Below the pieces are notes generated by a model. The model had not been told where the DNA came from, did no database searches, and saw nothing but the letters and a program-made list of their open reading frames with translations. Both the position numbers and the translations under genes were made by a program. Below, one piece after another: positions 1 to 11,744 of a DNA stretch of 64,000 bases. Source of the DNA: Vicugna vicugna (lineage: Eukaryota); contig MU058636.1 of the NCBI GenBank assembly GCA_013265495.1, positions 2,418,001 through 2,482,000 on the forward strand, in the 5' to 3' direction. Each line of letters starts with the position of its first letter. Position 1 is the stretch's first letter.

Positions 1-1330
1 CAGCACCTATGCACTGGATATTAGTATGGGAAGAGACAAACTGACCAGTAGAACAAAGTGAGCAGTTCAGGAAGAAGCCCACGTGTGTCTGGAGCTCTGG
101 GACACAAAGGAAGTGACACTGCGGACGACTGAGGGGAGAAGGGCCTGCTTCATAAGTGGTCTGGAACATCTGAGTATTCACATGGATGAAATTGCAGTTG
201 GAGTCTCATCTCACACAAACACCAAAAATCAATTCCAATTGATTAAGTACTTAAAATGTGAAAGGCAGAACTTTGATATTTTTAGGACAAAATATAGGAT
301 AGTATCTTTCAGAATTTCTTAAACACAACACAGAAACTCATCAATGAAAGAGTTGATAAATTTGATTATTTTAAATATTAAGACTACTTCAAAAAATACC
401 ATAAAGCAAATGGAAATTAAGTCCTTCACTGGGAGAACATATTTGTAATACATATAATCAGGAAGAATCAGTATCCAGAATATACAATGAACGTCTATAA
501 ATCCATAAGATAAATGACTAAATACAATTGAAAAATGTGCAAAAGACATGCACTGGTATTTCACAGAAGAGGAAATATGTCTGGCACATAACCGTAAGGA
601 GAGTTCTGTTTCATTAGTAATCAGGGAAATACCAAGTAGGACTCCAGTTAGATGACATTTCATACCCACCAGCTTGCCACCAAGGAAGATGTCTGACTAT
701 AGAAAGTGTTGGAAAGAATGCGGATAACTGAGATATCTCATATATTGCTGGTGGAAAGGTACATTGGTTCAGCCAGGGTTTCCATTGGTCCTTTGCAAAA
801 ATATTTAGCATTATCTTGAATGTTTTTTGATAAACAAGGTGACTTTTATGAGATGTTCATATGGATTCATAATTTTTTAAAAAGCTGAAAACAATCCAAT
901 AGGAAAATGATGGACATTACGTAGTGGTGAAAAATGAATGAACTTCAATTATGTGCCGTAACATAGACAAGTCTTAGAAACATAATGTTGAGTGAAAACA
1001 GCAAGTTGAAGACCCCCATTAAGCATGAGGCCATTTTTATAAGGCTGAAAAAACCAAATTCACAAATACATTATTCAATTATATATGCATATATGATAAA
1101 CTTATTTTTTAAAGAAAGGCAAGAGAATAATGGGCATAAAATACAGAACACAGGTTCCCCTGGGGGTGGAGTGAGGAGGAAGGAAGGGGACAGAGGAGTT
1201 GCTCCTGATGGATGCAAGTTATTGGCTGGGTTATGGGTTCATCTGTGTTATTTGTTTGATAACATAGGTACATGTTACTTATATTCTGCTGTATGTTCCA
1301 ATGTTATATTTAAAATCAGATAAAGAAAAA
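1..1330 (+). mobile_element. Old L1 (L1MC/L1ME-type) ORF2 3' part and 3' UTR, degenerate
   Basis: A-rich sense strand with L1 ORF2 3' motifs (ctcacacaaacaccaaaaatcaattcc; aaaatgtgcaaaagacatg; tcattagtaatcagggaaat) and an L1M-type 3' UTR; many stops. Boundaries approximate. Confidence 0.8.
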
Positions 1331-1467
1331 GGGAAGAAATTGGATACTATTTATAGTTATCAAATTTGCAAACATTTTAAAGGAGATTAAAAGAGAAGTG
1401 AAACAGTGAAGTGAACAGGAGTATAAATTGGTGTAGCCTTTTTATTTGGGTTGCTTTCCCTCTCTGT

Positions 1468-1650
1468 TATATATCATATATACAGTATATATTATACATA
1501 TACACATGCCACACATATATGATATATATATATATGCTGCACAAATATTTTATATAAGCATATACACACCTGTATACAATATATACACATATACATACAT
1601 ATATACACTTATACACATATAATTTATTATATGTACATATAATTATAAAC
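1468..1650. repeat. (TA)n/(TACA)n low-complexity simple repeat
   Basis: Directly visible alternating tatata/tacaca tract. Confidence 0.9.
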
Positions 1651-1959
1651 AAGTTAATATTTTCTAACCCAATAATTCAATTTTGGGAAAATAAAAGCTA
1701 GTCCCACCCCTGAAATTTAAAAAAAGCTCAAAATTAACTCTTGAAATTGGGAGGAAAGTTATGAACACAAAGATGCAGTTAGCAAGCTCTTTTCCACCTG
1801 GGCACTTGTCACGTTCCCTTCCCTTGGAGCCCCACAGCCGGAGGCACAGCCAGGCATACAAGTGCCAGTGGACATCTAATATCGGGACCCTGCTCTCTGC
1901 ATTTCCATCATGTCCTCCTATTTCTTTCTTCCCTGGTCCTCGCACTTGAGTCTGACATT

Positions 1960-2065
1960 ACCCAGAATGTAAATTCCCTGAGAGGCGGGACCATGTCAGC
2001 GTGGTCCTCACACTGTGTTGGGACAAAGTAGGTGCCCAGGGAGCACCTGTGGTGAAATGAATGCT
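1960..2065 (+). mobile_element. L2 3' end fragment
   Basis: aatgtaaattccctgagaggcgggaccatgtc...agtaggtgcccag...gaaatgaatg resembles the L2 3' terminus. Confidence 0.6.
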
Positions 2066-3258
2066 GAGGAAAAAGCCTTTATTGGACCAAATGGGTCAAG
2101 ATATGGGAGGCCTGGAGGGATGTAAGTAAGTTGTGTACCGATATTGTGCACATTTTATCATCATGTCTGGTTTTGGGGTCAATACTCACTGTTCTCCAGA
2201 GAAAAGCCTTTCTGAGCTCCCAGGCGAAATGCTAGGCGATTCTCATTGCCCTTAAAAAGCCTCTGGCAAGGCTTCTGTGACGAGGTTTTAGGCGCTGTAG
2301 CATACAACTGAGGAGTCTGAGGTGTTAGGGAGACTGGTTTGAATATATCAGATTTCCTGGAAGAGTCTTTGCATGCTATAGATTGTGTTAAAATCTCTGT
2401 ATACTTTCTCCGTAGTCTTTGCTGTAGTAACTGAAGCCTATTCCACCATAAGTACACAAAACAAGCAAAGGGTAGCAAAGAACATGTTTTTGGATATAGA
2501 GTATTTTAGTTACAGCCCTAAATTAATGTCACATTCTCAAGAGACTCATAAGGCATTAGAAATTCGTGTCGCATCAAGAAGATTGCAGCCATTTTTATTC
2601 TACCGATGTTTCAGCCACGCAAAATATAATTGCCTGGGGGGAATTTATCTTAGGTTTAGGGACAGAATTTATGATTTTTGTATTATTTGAGGAGTCTCAA
2701 AGTGGAGGAAAGACTGACCTTCAGGGCAAACACAAGAGGAAAATGTACACATCTGAGGCAAAACGCAGTCAAACCCAGCCGACGCAGAAGCCAGGACCAG
2801 GGAGGGCCTGGTGCAGGGGTCTCCCTGCCCTACAGCCTGGAGGAGCCGGTCTGCACAGAGCCAGCCCAGGGATGTAAAACAAGACGGAAAAGGCCGTTCC
2901 CTTCCCCATGCAGGCTTCCGAGCTTGAGTCCGGCTGGGAGCTGGTGGGTGGCGAGAGGGGAGTGGGGTGGGCTTACGTGGAACGAGACCGAAGTTTCAAT
3001 TTGGATTGGACTGGGCTTTTTAATACCAGAGAATCAGACTTTTTTTTTTTTTTTAACCTGAAAGTGACAGGAAAAGCTATGAAATCTTGCCCTAGATTCT
3101 TCCAGAGGAGAGAGAGAGAATAATTTTAAAAGACAGTGGTGCGGAAAAAGGTACTTTTGCTCGATTTCCCTTCACCAAGTAGTGCAGCGTGTTTCAAAAA
3201 TGAACAGGTATAAAATATGCCTTAACATGGTAGTTTGGAAAAAGACACCCCTTTCCCT

Positions 3259-3286
3259 TAAAAACAAAACAAAACAAAACAAAACA
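3259..3286. repeat. (AAAAC)n microsatellite
   Basis: aaaacaaaacaaaacaaaacaaaac seen directly. Confidence 0.95.
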
Positions 3287-3339
3287 CGTAAAGAGTGCGA
3301 GGACCAGCACTAGCATTTGATTTTTATAAGGCAGATGTT

Positions 3340-4545
3340 CTTTCCATTGCGGTTTGACCCGGAGGCGGCGGAAGTTCTCCCATCTCGCTTATCTTTTCAA
3401 GCCTTACAGGTGCACTGCTGGAGAGAGCCGGGAGCATTTCTTTGAGAAGTCTTTACTATATTTAGTCCTGAGAGGTTCTCTAGAACCTCTCGATCAGTGT
3501 TAGGCACATTCAGTGCTTATTAAACACAGACATGAATCCGATTTTAGAAAGCAACACCTGCTTTTTCCGCAAAGGTCAATCTTCCAGAGGTCAACGTTGG
3601 GCTCCTCGTGCATCAGGAATCCCACTGTGCTCCAAGTTCTTCCTGGGGCTGAACCCAAATTCCTGCAGCTGAACCCAAATTCTTGCTGCTATCAAATTTG
3701 AAGCGGCTCCCTCTTCTGTCCTCGGAAGACAACAGAAGATCCCACTCCTCGAAGCCCACTGCCCCGCAGACCCCGCCGCCTCGGCCTCACGCCACCCGCC
3801 GGGGTCGCCCGGGGCGCTGGCACCGCGGTGGCGCAGCGAGGCCTGCCCGGAGCTGGAGCGGGGCCGCGCGCGCACGGCGGCCGCGCGGCCGGCAGAGGGC
3901 GCTGCGGCTNNNNNNNNNNNNNNNNNNNNNNNNNNNNNNNNNNNNNNNNNNNNNNNNNNNNNNNNNNNNNNNNNNNNNNNNNNNNNNNNNNNNNNNNNNN
4001 NNNNNNNNNNNNNNNNNNNNNNNNNNNNNNNNNNNNNNNNNNNNNNNNNNNNNNNNNNNNNNNNNNNNNNNNNNNNNNNNNNNNNNNNNNNNNNNNNNNN
4101 GCGCGAGGTGAGCACGGGGCGCGGGCGGGCGCCGGCGGGCGTGGGCGGGCGGCGGGGCCGGGCTGAGGAGCCGGCGCGGGGGCGACCCTGCCTCCGCCAC
4201 CTGCGCCACCTCTGCTGGCTTGTCGCGGCAAGTTTGTCGCCCTCCCCTCCTTTGCGGACCTCCTTGGCCGGTCAGCACCGTCCAAACCTGTCGCCAGATA
4301 GAAAACTCGAGCTGGTGGAGGAGGAGGAGGAGGCGTGTGGGAACCCGGTCCGGGATGAGAGTCTCGTTAAGGGCAGTGGTGGCTTCTTGAACATCTTTCT
4401 TGACTCTTTCCCACCCAGGTGAGCGAATCCTCTTCTGCACAGTCCGGCGGGGGCGGGCTGGGCTCCGGTGCCTGCCTTCCGGAGCCCGCGCGGACTGGGG
4501 AGTGACTGCCGCGGGGGCTCGGGGCAGCGCAGTGTTTATTTGGCT
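3340..4545 (+). promoter_or_regulatory. CpG island promoter / first exon region of an unidentified + strand gene
   Basis: Very high GC and CpG density flanking the gap; ETS-like GCGGAAGT near 3368; GC boxes; donor-like GAG|GTGAGC at 4107/4108 and CAG|GTGAGC at 4418/4419. Strand inferred from splice-site orientation. Confidence 0.85.
3910..4100. other. Assembly gap (191 N)
   Basis: Run of N inside the GC-richest part of the CpG island. Confidence 1.
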
Positions 4546-6387
4546 TTTCTGTCACCATAGCACTTATTCTCTGCTGCCTGCATCACCTGCTTGGGCTGAG
4601 CCATTGCAGCTCATTTGACACCCTAGTGCTGCCAGGTTAAACATCCTCTGTTTTAGAAGGGCTGGCAGGTTAGTTCAACCGAATTCCTCCCCACCCCTAC
4701 ACCCCCAGCTTTGGATAATTTGTTCTGTGTCTTCGTCTTAATTTAGTATGAATGTGTTATTTCCTTTGAGCTTTATAATGGCAAAGCAGTGAAGCGGTTT
4801 GCTACATCCATTTTTTTCATTCTGAGCCTGTGCACAGAAGGAATTTCAGGCACACAAGTGATGTTACTACCATTCTATTTTAAATACAAACACGGAAAGA
4901 AGTACTCTTGGCAGGATACCAAAGGCGCCTGTACTCTCTTATTATATAAGTGCTTTTAAAAAATATTTGCTCATTGGTAAAGTTATAAAAGTGATTACCA
5001 GAGCATCTAGGAAAAGAGGTTGAAGATAAGTCAGAGCCATAATTTCTGATTTAAGCCCAAACTTTACTTGAAAATAAGCATGGTCTTAGCTGGAGATACC
5101 CTTTAAGATAATACAGAACTCATTAGGTAGAATTGGAAAACATAAAAAAAAAGGTTTTGTAAAGGCTGTTAAGAAATTTGGTGAAAATTATTTGGTATTT
5201 ATTGATAGTGATAAAAGGACCCCACAGATATCCTTATGGCTTTTAAACTATTGAATGATTTTATTTTTATATCTGGATGGAAACTTAGTAATTATGAACT
5301 GCCAGTTACTTAAGATCTCTCCCCACCCCCCCAACCTCTGCTTGTATTTATAGGTTTTTTTTTTTCAGGTAAGAAGAAGACAAAAGTAGAAACATCAGAT
5401 TTACTAGTGTCTAGGCACCTCCTTTTGTGACCACTACCCCAATGTTCTGTTCTAACTGGTTTTTGGTGATGCTATGACACTTGTAATATTAAAAGCTCCT
5501 TTGTGATTCTAATGTGTAGCCAGGGTTGAGACCCATTGGATAGCACTGTTTTCTTTTAATTTGTCACTTTTAGCTCAAGGTGTGGCTGCAGTGGCTTAAG
5601 GAAAGTAAAAGCAAGTGGTTAGAAATATGGAGAGAGAAAAATGGTATTGGAAAGGAGATGTGTGGAAGGATGATATCATGTACACTTTTGTATTTTGTCA
5701 GAATACCTTGACTTTTCTTAAACCTGCAAGGAATAGTTGACGTTTGTCAGGGACCCATGATTCCATGCAGAATGTGCGGGGGAATCCTCAGTGGGACATT
5801 TCTTTGTGCAGAGGTATCAGTGAAGTTGGGTAGCACTGTCAGGATATTCCTTTATGTTTAGGTGAAAAGATCATCAAGTCTTATCAAAGATTGCTTTCTC
5901 CATCAAATTGAAAACTTACTTGGTTAGTAGAGACTAGCAAATTAAGTGCAAAAAGAGCTTTTTTTTGTTTTTAAGGTCGGAAGTAAACCTGGCTGCTGAA
6001 TCAGTGTTTTCTGTCTACCTTATGTAATTGCGAGTATCCCGATCTGGGGGGCAGATCTTATGGATGGTTTGTGAAGGCTTATGTAAGAACTACGATGATG
6101 CTTTTCGTATTCCCTTACACTCCCTGTTTTGGCTGTTACATAATTGACACAGTGCTAGATTGTTAGAGCCCAAACAGGGGAAAGATGCCCAACCCCAGCC
6201 CAGCACATGCACCTTTATAATGAATTGCTGCTGCCAAATTAGAGGGAACAGCAGGGGTGGAGGTTTGTGAAAGAGAGATAAGAATAGTATCGAGAGAATT
6301 GATGTAATAGAAGACTGTTATGCTTAGCGGTTTTCCAGAGATTTTAATGCTGCAGTATAAACCTCTCTAGCCTTTTCTATCTCCCAG

Positions 6388-6594
6388 CAGAGGCAGATTG
6401 ACTGGGGAGCTAATGAATCTTAAGCTTCAGGGCCCCTCATTCAGACTTGGTCCAAACCCCTGGGAGGGCCGCTGACAGTGTGCTCACATGGTCATAGAAG
6501 TTTGTATTTGTCATTTTGGATTCTTTTTAAATAAGGAGCACACTCCCCTCTCCCCATGTAAACATGAAGCTTCACAAACTCTGAATCTGCCCTG
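6388..6594 (+). mobile_element. hAT-Tip100 non-autonomous DNA transposon (MER69/Arthur1-like)
   Basis: Terminal inverted repeats CAGAGGCAGATT ... AATCTGCCCTG, internal gagctaatgaatcttaagcttcagggcccctca, degenerate 8-bp TSD tctcccag/tctccaaa. Confidence 0.75.
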
Positions 6595-7296
6595 TCTCCA
6601 AATTATGTTCAAATGTAAATTATAAACATGCTTTTTCTTTTTTTAATGTCTGTCGTATGATTGAAAAGACAAAAAAAGAAATCTGGCTAAGATTGCAGGT
6701 GAGCTGCTGAGAAAATGCAAATTGCTATAACCTAGGGCTGCGTGGAGCTACTGGAACCGGGTGGTTACCTGGAGAACCAGGCCTGCCTTGTGATCTCACA
6801 CACGGGTCGTTTTTGGATCCGAGTGTGAGCTGGAGTCGGAGGGAAGCTGAGATGGGGACGGGAAAGGGAGGAAAGTGGGTTAAAGCTCTTCTGCATCTCG
6901 GAGACGGCTGCCAAGGGGAAAGGGAAAAAAATGAACTACCGAAAGATGCTTCATTAATAAAAAGTTAATAGGAACAGATAGCTTCAGCTCCGCAGGAGAC
7001 CTTCCTGGAAACTCCTTAGGATCTGTTTTTAATATGAATTGTAAGCAGGGAGCAAACTCAGGCCTGGAAAATATCCTGTGGGAAGCAAGTGCAGGCTGGG
7101 AAGGGCTGGGGTGAACTATCGGCTTGTTCCCGTTAATGGTTTTATGGGTGAGTGGGAGCCTTAGTGTGCCCATCACAGGAATCTGGAGAGGGCGTTGTTG
7201 GAAAAAGTGGGCGATTTTCCCTTTTTCTCTGAAGTGATTTCTACTTCATATCTGAGTTTGGATCTTAACATCTTGACCCCTTTCCTACCAACGCTT

Positions 7297-7370
7297 CTAC
7301 CCCCTCCACCTACCCATCCTCCACCCACCCACCCATCCATTCACCCACCCATCCATCTGTCCATCCATCC
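7297..7370. repeat. (CCAC/CCAT)n simple repeat
   Basis: ccacccacccacccatccattcacccacccatccatc seen directly. Confidence 0.9.
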
Positions 7371-8110
7371 ACAAAGACATTCCCCTTTGACCAAACTTTA
7401 ATCAGGCTCCTCTGAGCCCTCTTCTTGACCAAGGATCAGCTTTGGCCTGTAAGAACTGCAGCTTTCAGCGCAGCGTTGTGCCCCTCCCTCACCCTTCACC
7501 CCACAGTAATGCACATGCTCAGAGACTTGAGTAAACTCTAACATGACTTCCAGCAGCCTGAGGCCATGCCCCTGGGATGCCCTGGCCCCTCCAGAGTTCC
7601 TGTTTGGGAAAGCGCGGGGCTGCCAAAAAGATTTCCCCTTACTTCCAGCCAACATCTGAGGAGAGGCCCGTGACCTCCCTTCTATTAATCATTTATTAGA
7701 AGAACTCACAACTGTAATCCTCTCTCTGTCCCTTTGAGATGTATCTGTATCCCCTGCAACCCGGAGTATCCTTCTCAAGGACCTGAAACCCATTCCTCTG
7801 AAAGGTGACCAGGGAGGACAGGGCCTCCGTCTCCCAGTCTCCAGGAGACCAGGACAGACCGACACAGGTGGCCTCACCTTGTGGACAAGGACTGACCACC
7901 CTCCCTGCTTTTTGTAATTGTCCACTGCTTGAGCCCCACCTGTTCCCCCTCCTCATAACCTCATTCTTCTTTTAAGATGTCCAGTCGCCTGTCTGTGGAT
8001 TGAAGTTGGGCTTGGTTCTGGACCGAAGTCTCTCTCCCCTCTTGCAGTGTGTGCCGAATGGACTGTCTTTACTGCCTTTAACTAGTGTCTGGCTTTGCTT
8101 CTCCTTAACG
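7370..8110 (+). mobile_element. Solo ERV1 LTR (MER31/MER67/MER90 group)
   Basis: Start acaaagacattcccctttgaccaaactttaatcaggctcctctgagccctcttc and end ctttaactagtgtctggctttgcttctccttaac match recalled MER31/MER67-type LTR ends. Confidence 0.75.
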
Positions 8111-8124
8111 ACGTCCAGCAGAGA

Positions 8125-8480
8125 CCTCTGAGTGTCTGTATTGCCAGGTGCTGTGCTGGGTGTGAGGTGTCACAGAGCAGTGAACGAAACAGACCGAACC
8201 TGTGCCCCCGAGGAGCTGACAGGTTAAGTAACATATGAAATCTATCAGGTAGGGACAGTGCTGTGGAGGAAAATAAGTCACAGAAGGGGGAGGAGGAGTG
8301 TTGGGTGGGGATTTGCTGGGCCACGTAGATTGGGAAAGGCCTCCCCGAGAGCAATGCTGAGCAGAGTCCTGAAGGGGGTGAAGAGTGAGCTCTCTGGGGA
8401 GAGCGTTTCCCTGCTTGGGGAACAGTCAGCGCAGAGCCCTTGACAGAGCCCAGCTGGCATTTACGAGGAGCAGCAGGGGG
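8125..8480 (-). mobile_element. L2 fragment
   Basis: tgccaggtgctgtgctggg...cagtgaacgaaacagac...gggaaaggcctccccgag...ggggaacagtcagcgcagagccct, reverse-strand L2 3' region. Confidence 0.7.
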
Positions 8481-9620
8481 CCCGGTGCTGCCGGCAGGCT
8501 GATGGCCAGGCTTCCCCACGACAGCAGCCCACCCCTCTAATTCCGGATCGGTGGTCTCTTGGGCCTACCCTTGGACCCTTGTCTCCAGTGACCTGAGACT
8601 GTCAGCAGGTAATGGTGTTGCTCTTGAGGACTTAGGTGGTGTGTTGGTGTGGGATCAGGTACGGCTGAGGGCCTCTCAGGGCATCTGAAACCCAGCCCAG
8701 ATCGTCACATAAACTAGGAGGAGGGAGGGAGGCTGGGTGTACTCACTGATGGTTCCCACTGGCTTGGGGTAGGAAGGGTCCTGGCAGGATGGTCTCATTT
8801 CAGCCCGGATCCCCTGCAGTCCCCTAGGACCAAACAGAACTGTGACGAATAAAGGATGCTGACAGCAGGAACCACACTCCTCTTTCTTGGGGAATGTCAG
8901 AATGTCAGGAACCGAGAGCAACTGCTGAGGTGAAGCTGAGCCAGGAGAACCCCGTGGTCTAAAGGCATCTGGGCTGGTTAGGGTTTGAGGAGGGGAAGTT
9001 GCTCACTCGCTGACGAGGCTGCTGTGTGCCAGGATGGCTGCCCTGCCTGGAGTGACCAGAAAACACGAGTGGCCCAGGCAGCCAGTGGTCATGGATCCGT
9101 CAGTGGAAAGGCTGAGAAGCCAGTGGGGAGTAGCACCAGGATCTGAGTGCTGGAGAAAAGGCCTCGCCTTCTGGGATGCATGGGGAGATGGGGTTAGGGA
9201 CAGGATACATAGCTGTTTACATTGTTAAGCCATTAGCTTATAACCATTTCTATCCCTGACACAGCCAAAGAAGCCTTCTATATGGACTGAGGTTCTTTGG
9301 TTGGTTTTCTGGCAGGTAGGAGCGTAATAGCAGCCTGAATGAGCACTCGAGCAGGTGGCGGTAGGAAGGTGGCATGTATAGGAGATTGGCAGGTGGCACA
9401 CAGAGGAGACTGGCGTTCTTGCCTCTTCTCTGCCTGTCGTTGCTGTGCGTGGTCTCTCACTTTGCAGGCTGCTTTCACATGTCACACCACGTTTGGAAAA
9501 TACGATGTTTAAGGTTATGCATGTGTATTTTATACTCTTCTTTAGCCTTTGTGAAGGAGCCCTCTTCCATTGGGTAGTGTTGTATAATCAGTTCTGTATA
9601 TGATGCCTGGTGCTATGTTA

Positions 9621-9979
9621 TGTTGTCTCCATCCTTTTGGGCCGCTATAACAAAGTACATCAGACCAGTGGCTTATAAACAAGGGACATTTATTCTCACA
9701 GTTCTGGAGGCTAGGCAGTCTAAGATCATGGTGCCAGCAGATTTGGTAAAGGCTGCTTTTGGGTTCATAGACGGTGCCTTTTTGTTGTGTCCTCACTTGG
9801 TGAAAGGGGCAGGCAAGCTCTCTGGGACATCTTTTATTAAGGTATTAATCTCATTTGTGAGAGTTCTGCCCTCATCACCCAGTCACCTCCCAAAGGCCCC
9901 ACCTCCTAATACCATCACCTTGGACCTTAGGTTTTCAACGTACAAATTTTGAGGGGACTCAAATATTCAGATCGTAACA
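9621..9979 (-). mobile_element. MaLR solo LTR (MLT1A-like)
   Basis: gctataacaaagtac...gtggcttataaacaa...tttattctcacagttctggaggct...cacctcccaaaggccccacctcctaataccatcacc, typical reverse-strand MLT1A. Confidence 0.9.
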
Positions 9980-11423
9980 TATATATATATATAAAACCAA
10001 TAATTTATGTATAGAAAGATGGTGATTTTAAGACATAATTGTGTAACCGAGCACTTTTCAAGCTCTTATCAACTTTAACCTCTTTTTAGTTATTTTTCTT
10101 AAATTTTCTAGGTAGGCAGTCCTATCATCTTCAGGTAATGATTGTTTTGGTTTCTTTTCTTATTTCTAGTGCATGTTTTATTACCAAAGTTTAGAGTAGA
10201 TAGAGGAGAAGAGGTTGTTAACTCAAACTGTTGATTTTTTTTTTTAAAATATAAGATTGAGTCTGGTCTTTCAGGTAGATGTCCTTCCCCTGCCCATAGA
10301 GGATGGGCGGTGTGACCCTTCAAGACTTCTTCCATTGAACCAGAAGGTTCAGTTTTCTTAGAAAAACAAAGCAGTGTGTACACATAATCATTAAAGGTGA
10401 TCCAGCAGTGTATGTGATGAGGGCTAAGCCAGTATTAATGACAGGTTGATGTTGACTTTGGGAACTTTGACTCACATGCAGAAATGAAAAGCCAACATAG
10501 TGTGTTAGCTTCTATAAAGACGGTAATAAGGCAAATAAATTTGTCCAGAAACAGGCTAATGTTGATATAGTGATTTTAAATGCTTTCCAAAAGTAGTACA
10601 GACAAAGCATGAAATATAGAGCCATGGATTGTAAGAAATGACAATAAAACAGCAGAAGCAAATAATGGACACTTAATGGAGAAGTTAAATTTCCACACTT
10701 CACCAGACTTACTGCAAAGTACTAATCTAGAAACTTAATATGAGCACTATCTCTGTGAAATGACAATATAACGGAAGTAATCTCAAATCATCCAGAATTA
10801 ATTGTCTTTGTACTAAGCTATTTGAAATTACTCACTCAAAATAGCTCCTGAAGACAGGCAGTCTTTCTTTAAACGCAAATAATTGTCTTCTCAGATTGGA
10901 AATGTTGCCACATATTAAGCGAAACATATTTTTGCCCCTAATTCTTGTATTTCTATCAGTTTATTTTCAGGGGAAGCCAATTCGAAAACTGAAATCATTT
11001 AACAGAATAATTTTGGTTGAAATGACTATTTCTAAGCTTGATGTGTTTTATATTAGTGTTGCATAATATCTTAGGAAGTATGTATAGCAGAAATGCCAAA
11101 CGCTAGATTTAATTTCCTAAAGTATTTCTTTAAACTTTTTGTATAAGTTTCTCTGGTAGCTAGTAATGAATTGTACACTGAGTGAGCTAATTTTCTTCCA
11201 CTAGCAGTTTTAACAAGTTAGTTTAATATAACCACTTTATTCTCTACCCCAAACTTTATACTGAATTTTTTCTGCTAGATTTTAGAATTATCATTTTGAT
11301 GACAACCCAAGGTATTGTAATGGAATATAAATGGAATATAAATTTGAGTTGGAACTAATATCTCAGTTTAGAGAGAGGAAAAAAAAAAAAAAGCAGAGCT
11401 GTGGTCTGAAAATCACACTTCTC

Positions 11424-11742
11424 CAGGGCTGGGACTAGAAAAAGGCTAGTCAGGTAGTTGCCTCAGACATAAAATTTAACGGGATCCTAAAAAACTAAGC
11501 AATAAAAATAACTAATATTTCAATATGGTTAAAAAAATAAAACTTAGTGCAAAAATCCATGAACAAGATATCAAAAATTTTAAAAGGACAGGATCAATAT
11601 TTGATTTTTCCTTTTGTTTCAGGCTCCAGCATGGCATAGTATGACACTGTTACTGATCATGTTGTAATTTAAAATTTTCATATTTTGTTCATAATGGATT
11701 TTTTTGCATTAATTTTTGTGTTTTGAAAATATCATTTATCTT
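11424..11742 (+). mobile_element. Non-autonomous hAT-type element (hAT-N1_Mam/MamRep38-like) with internal inverted repeat
   Basis: Begins cagggctgggactag; AT-rich arms ~11530-11597 and ~11655-11720 are reverse complements; family name from memory. Confidence 0.6.
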
Positions 11743-11744
11743 GG

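Noticed and set aside
3591..4440. Long ORFs across the CpG island (e.g. 4108-4422, 3787-4440)
   Set aside because: Explained by stop-codon scarcity in GC-rich DNA and read-through of the N gap; the 4108 'start' is the GT of a splice donor.
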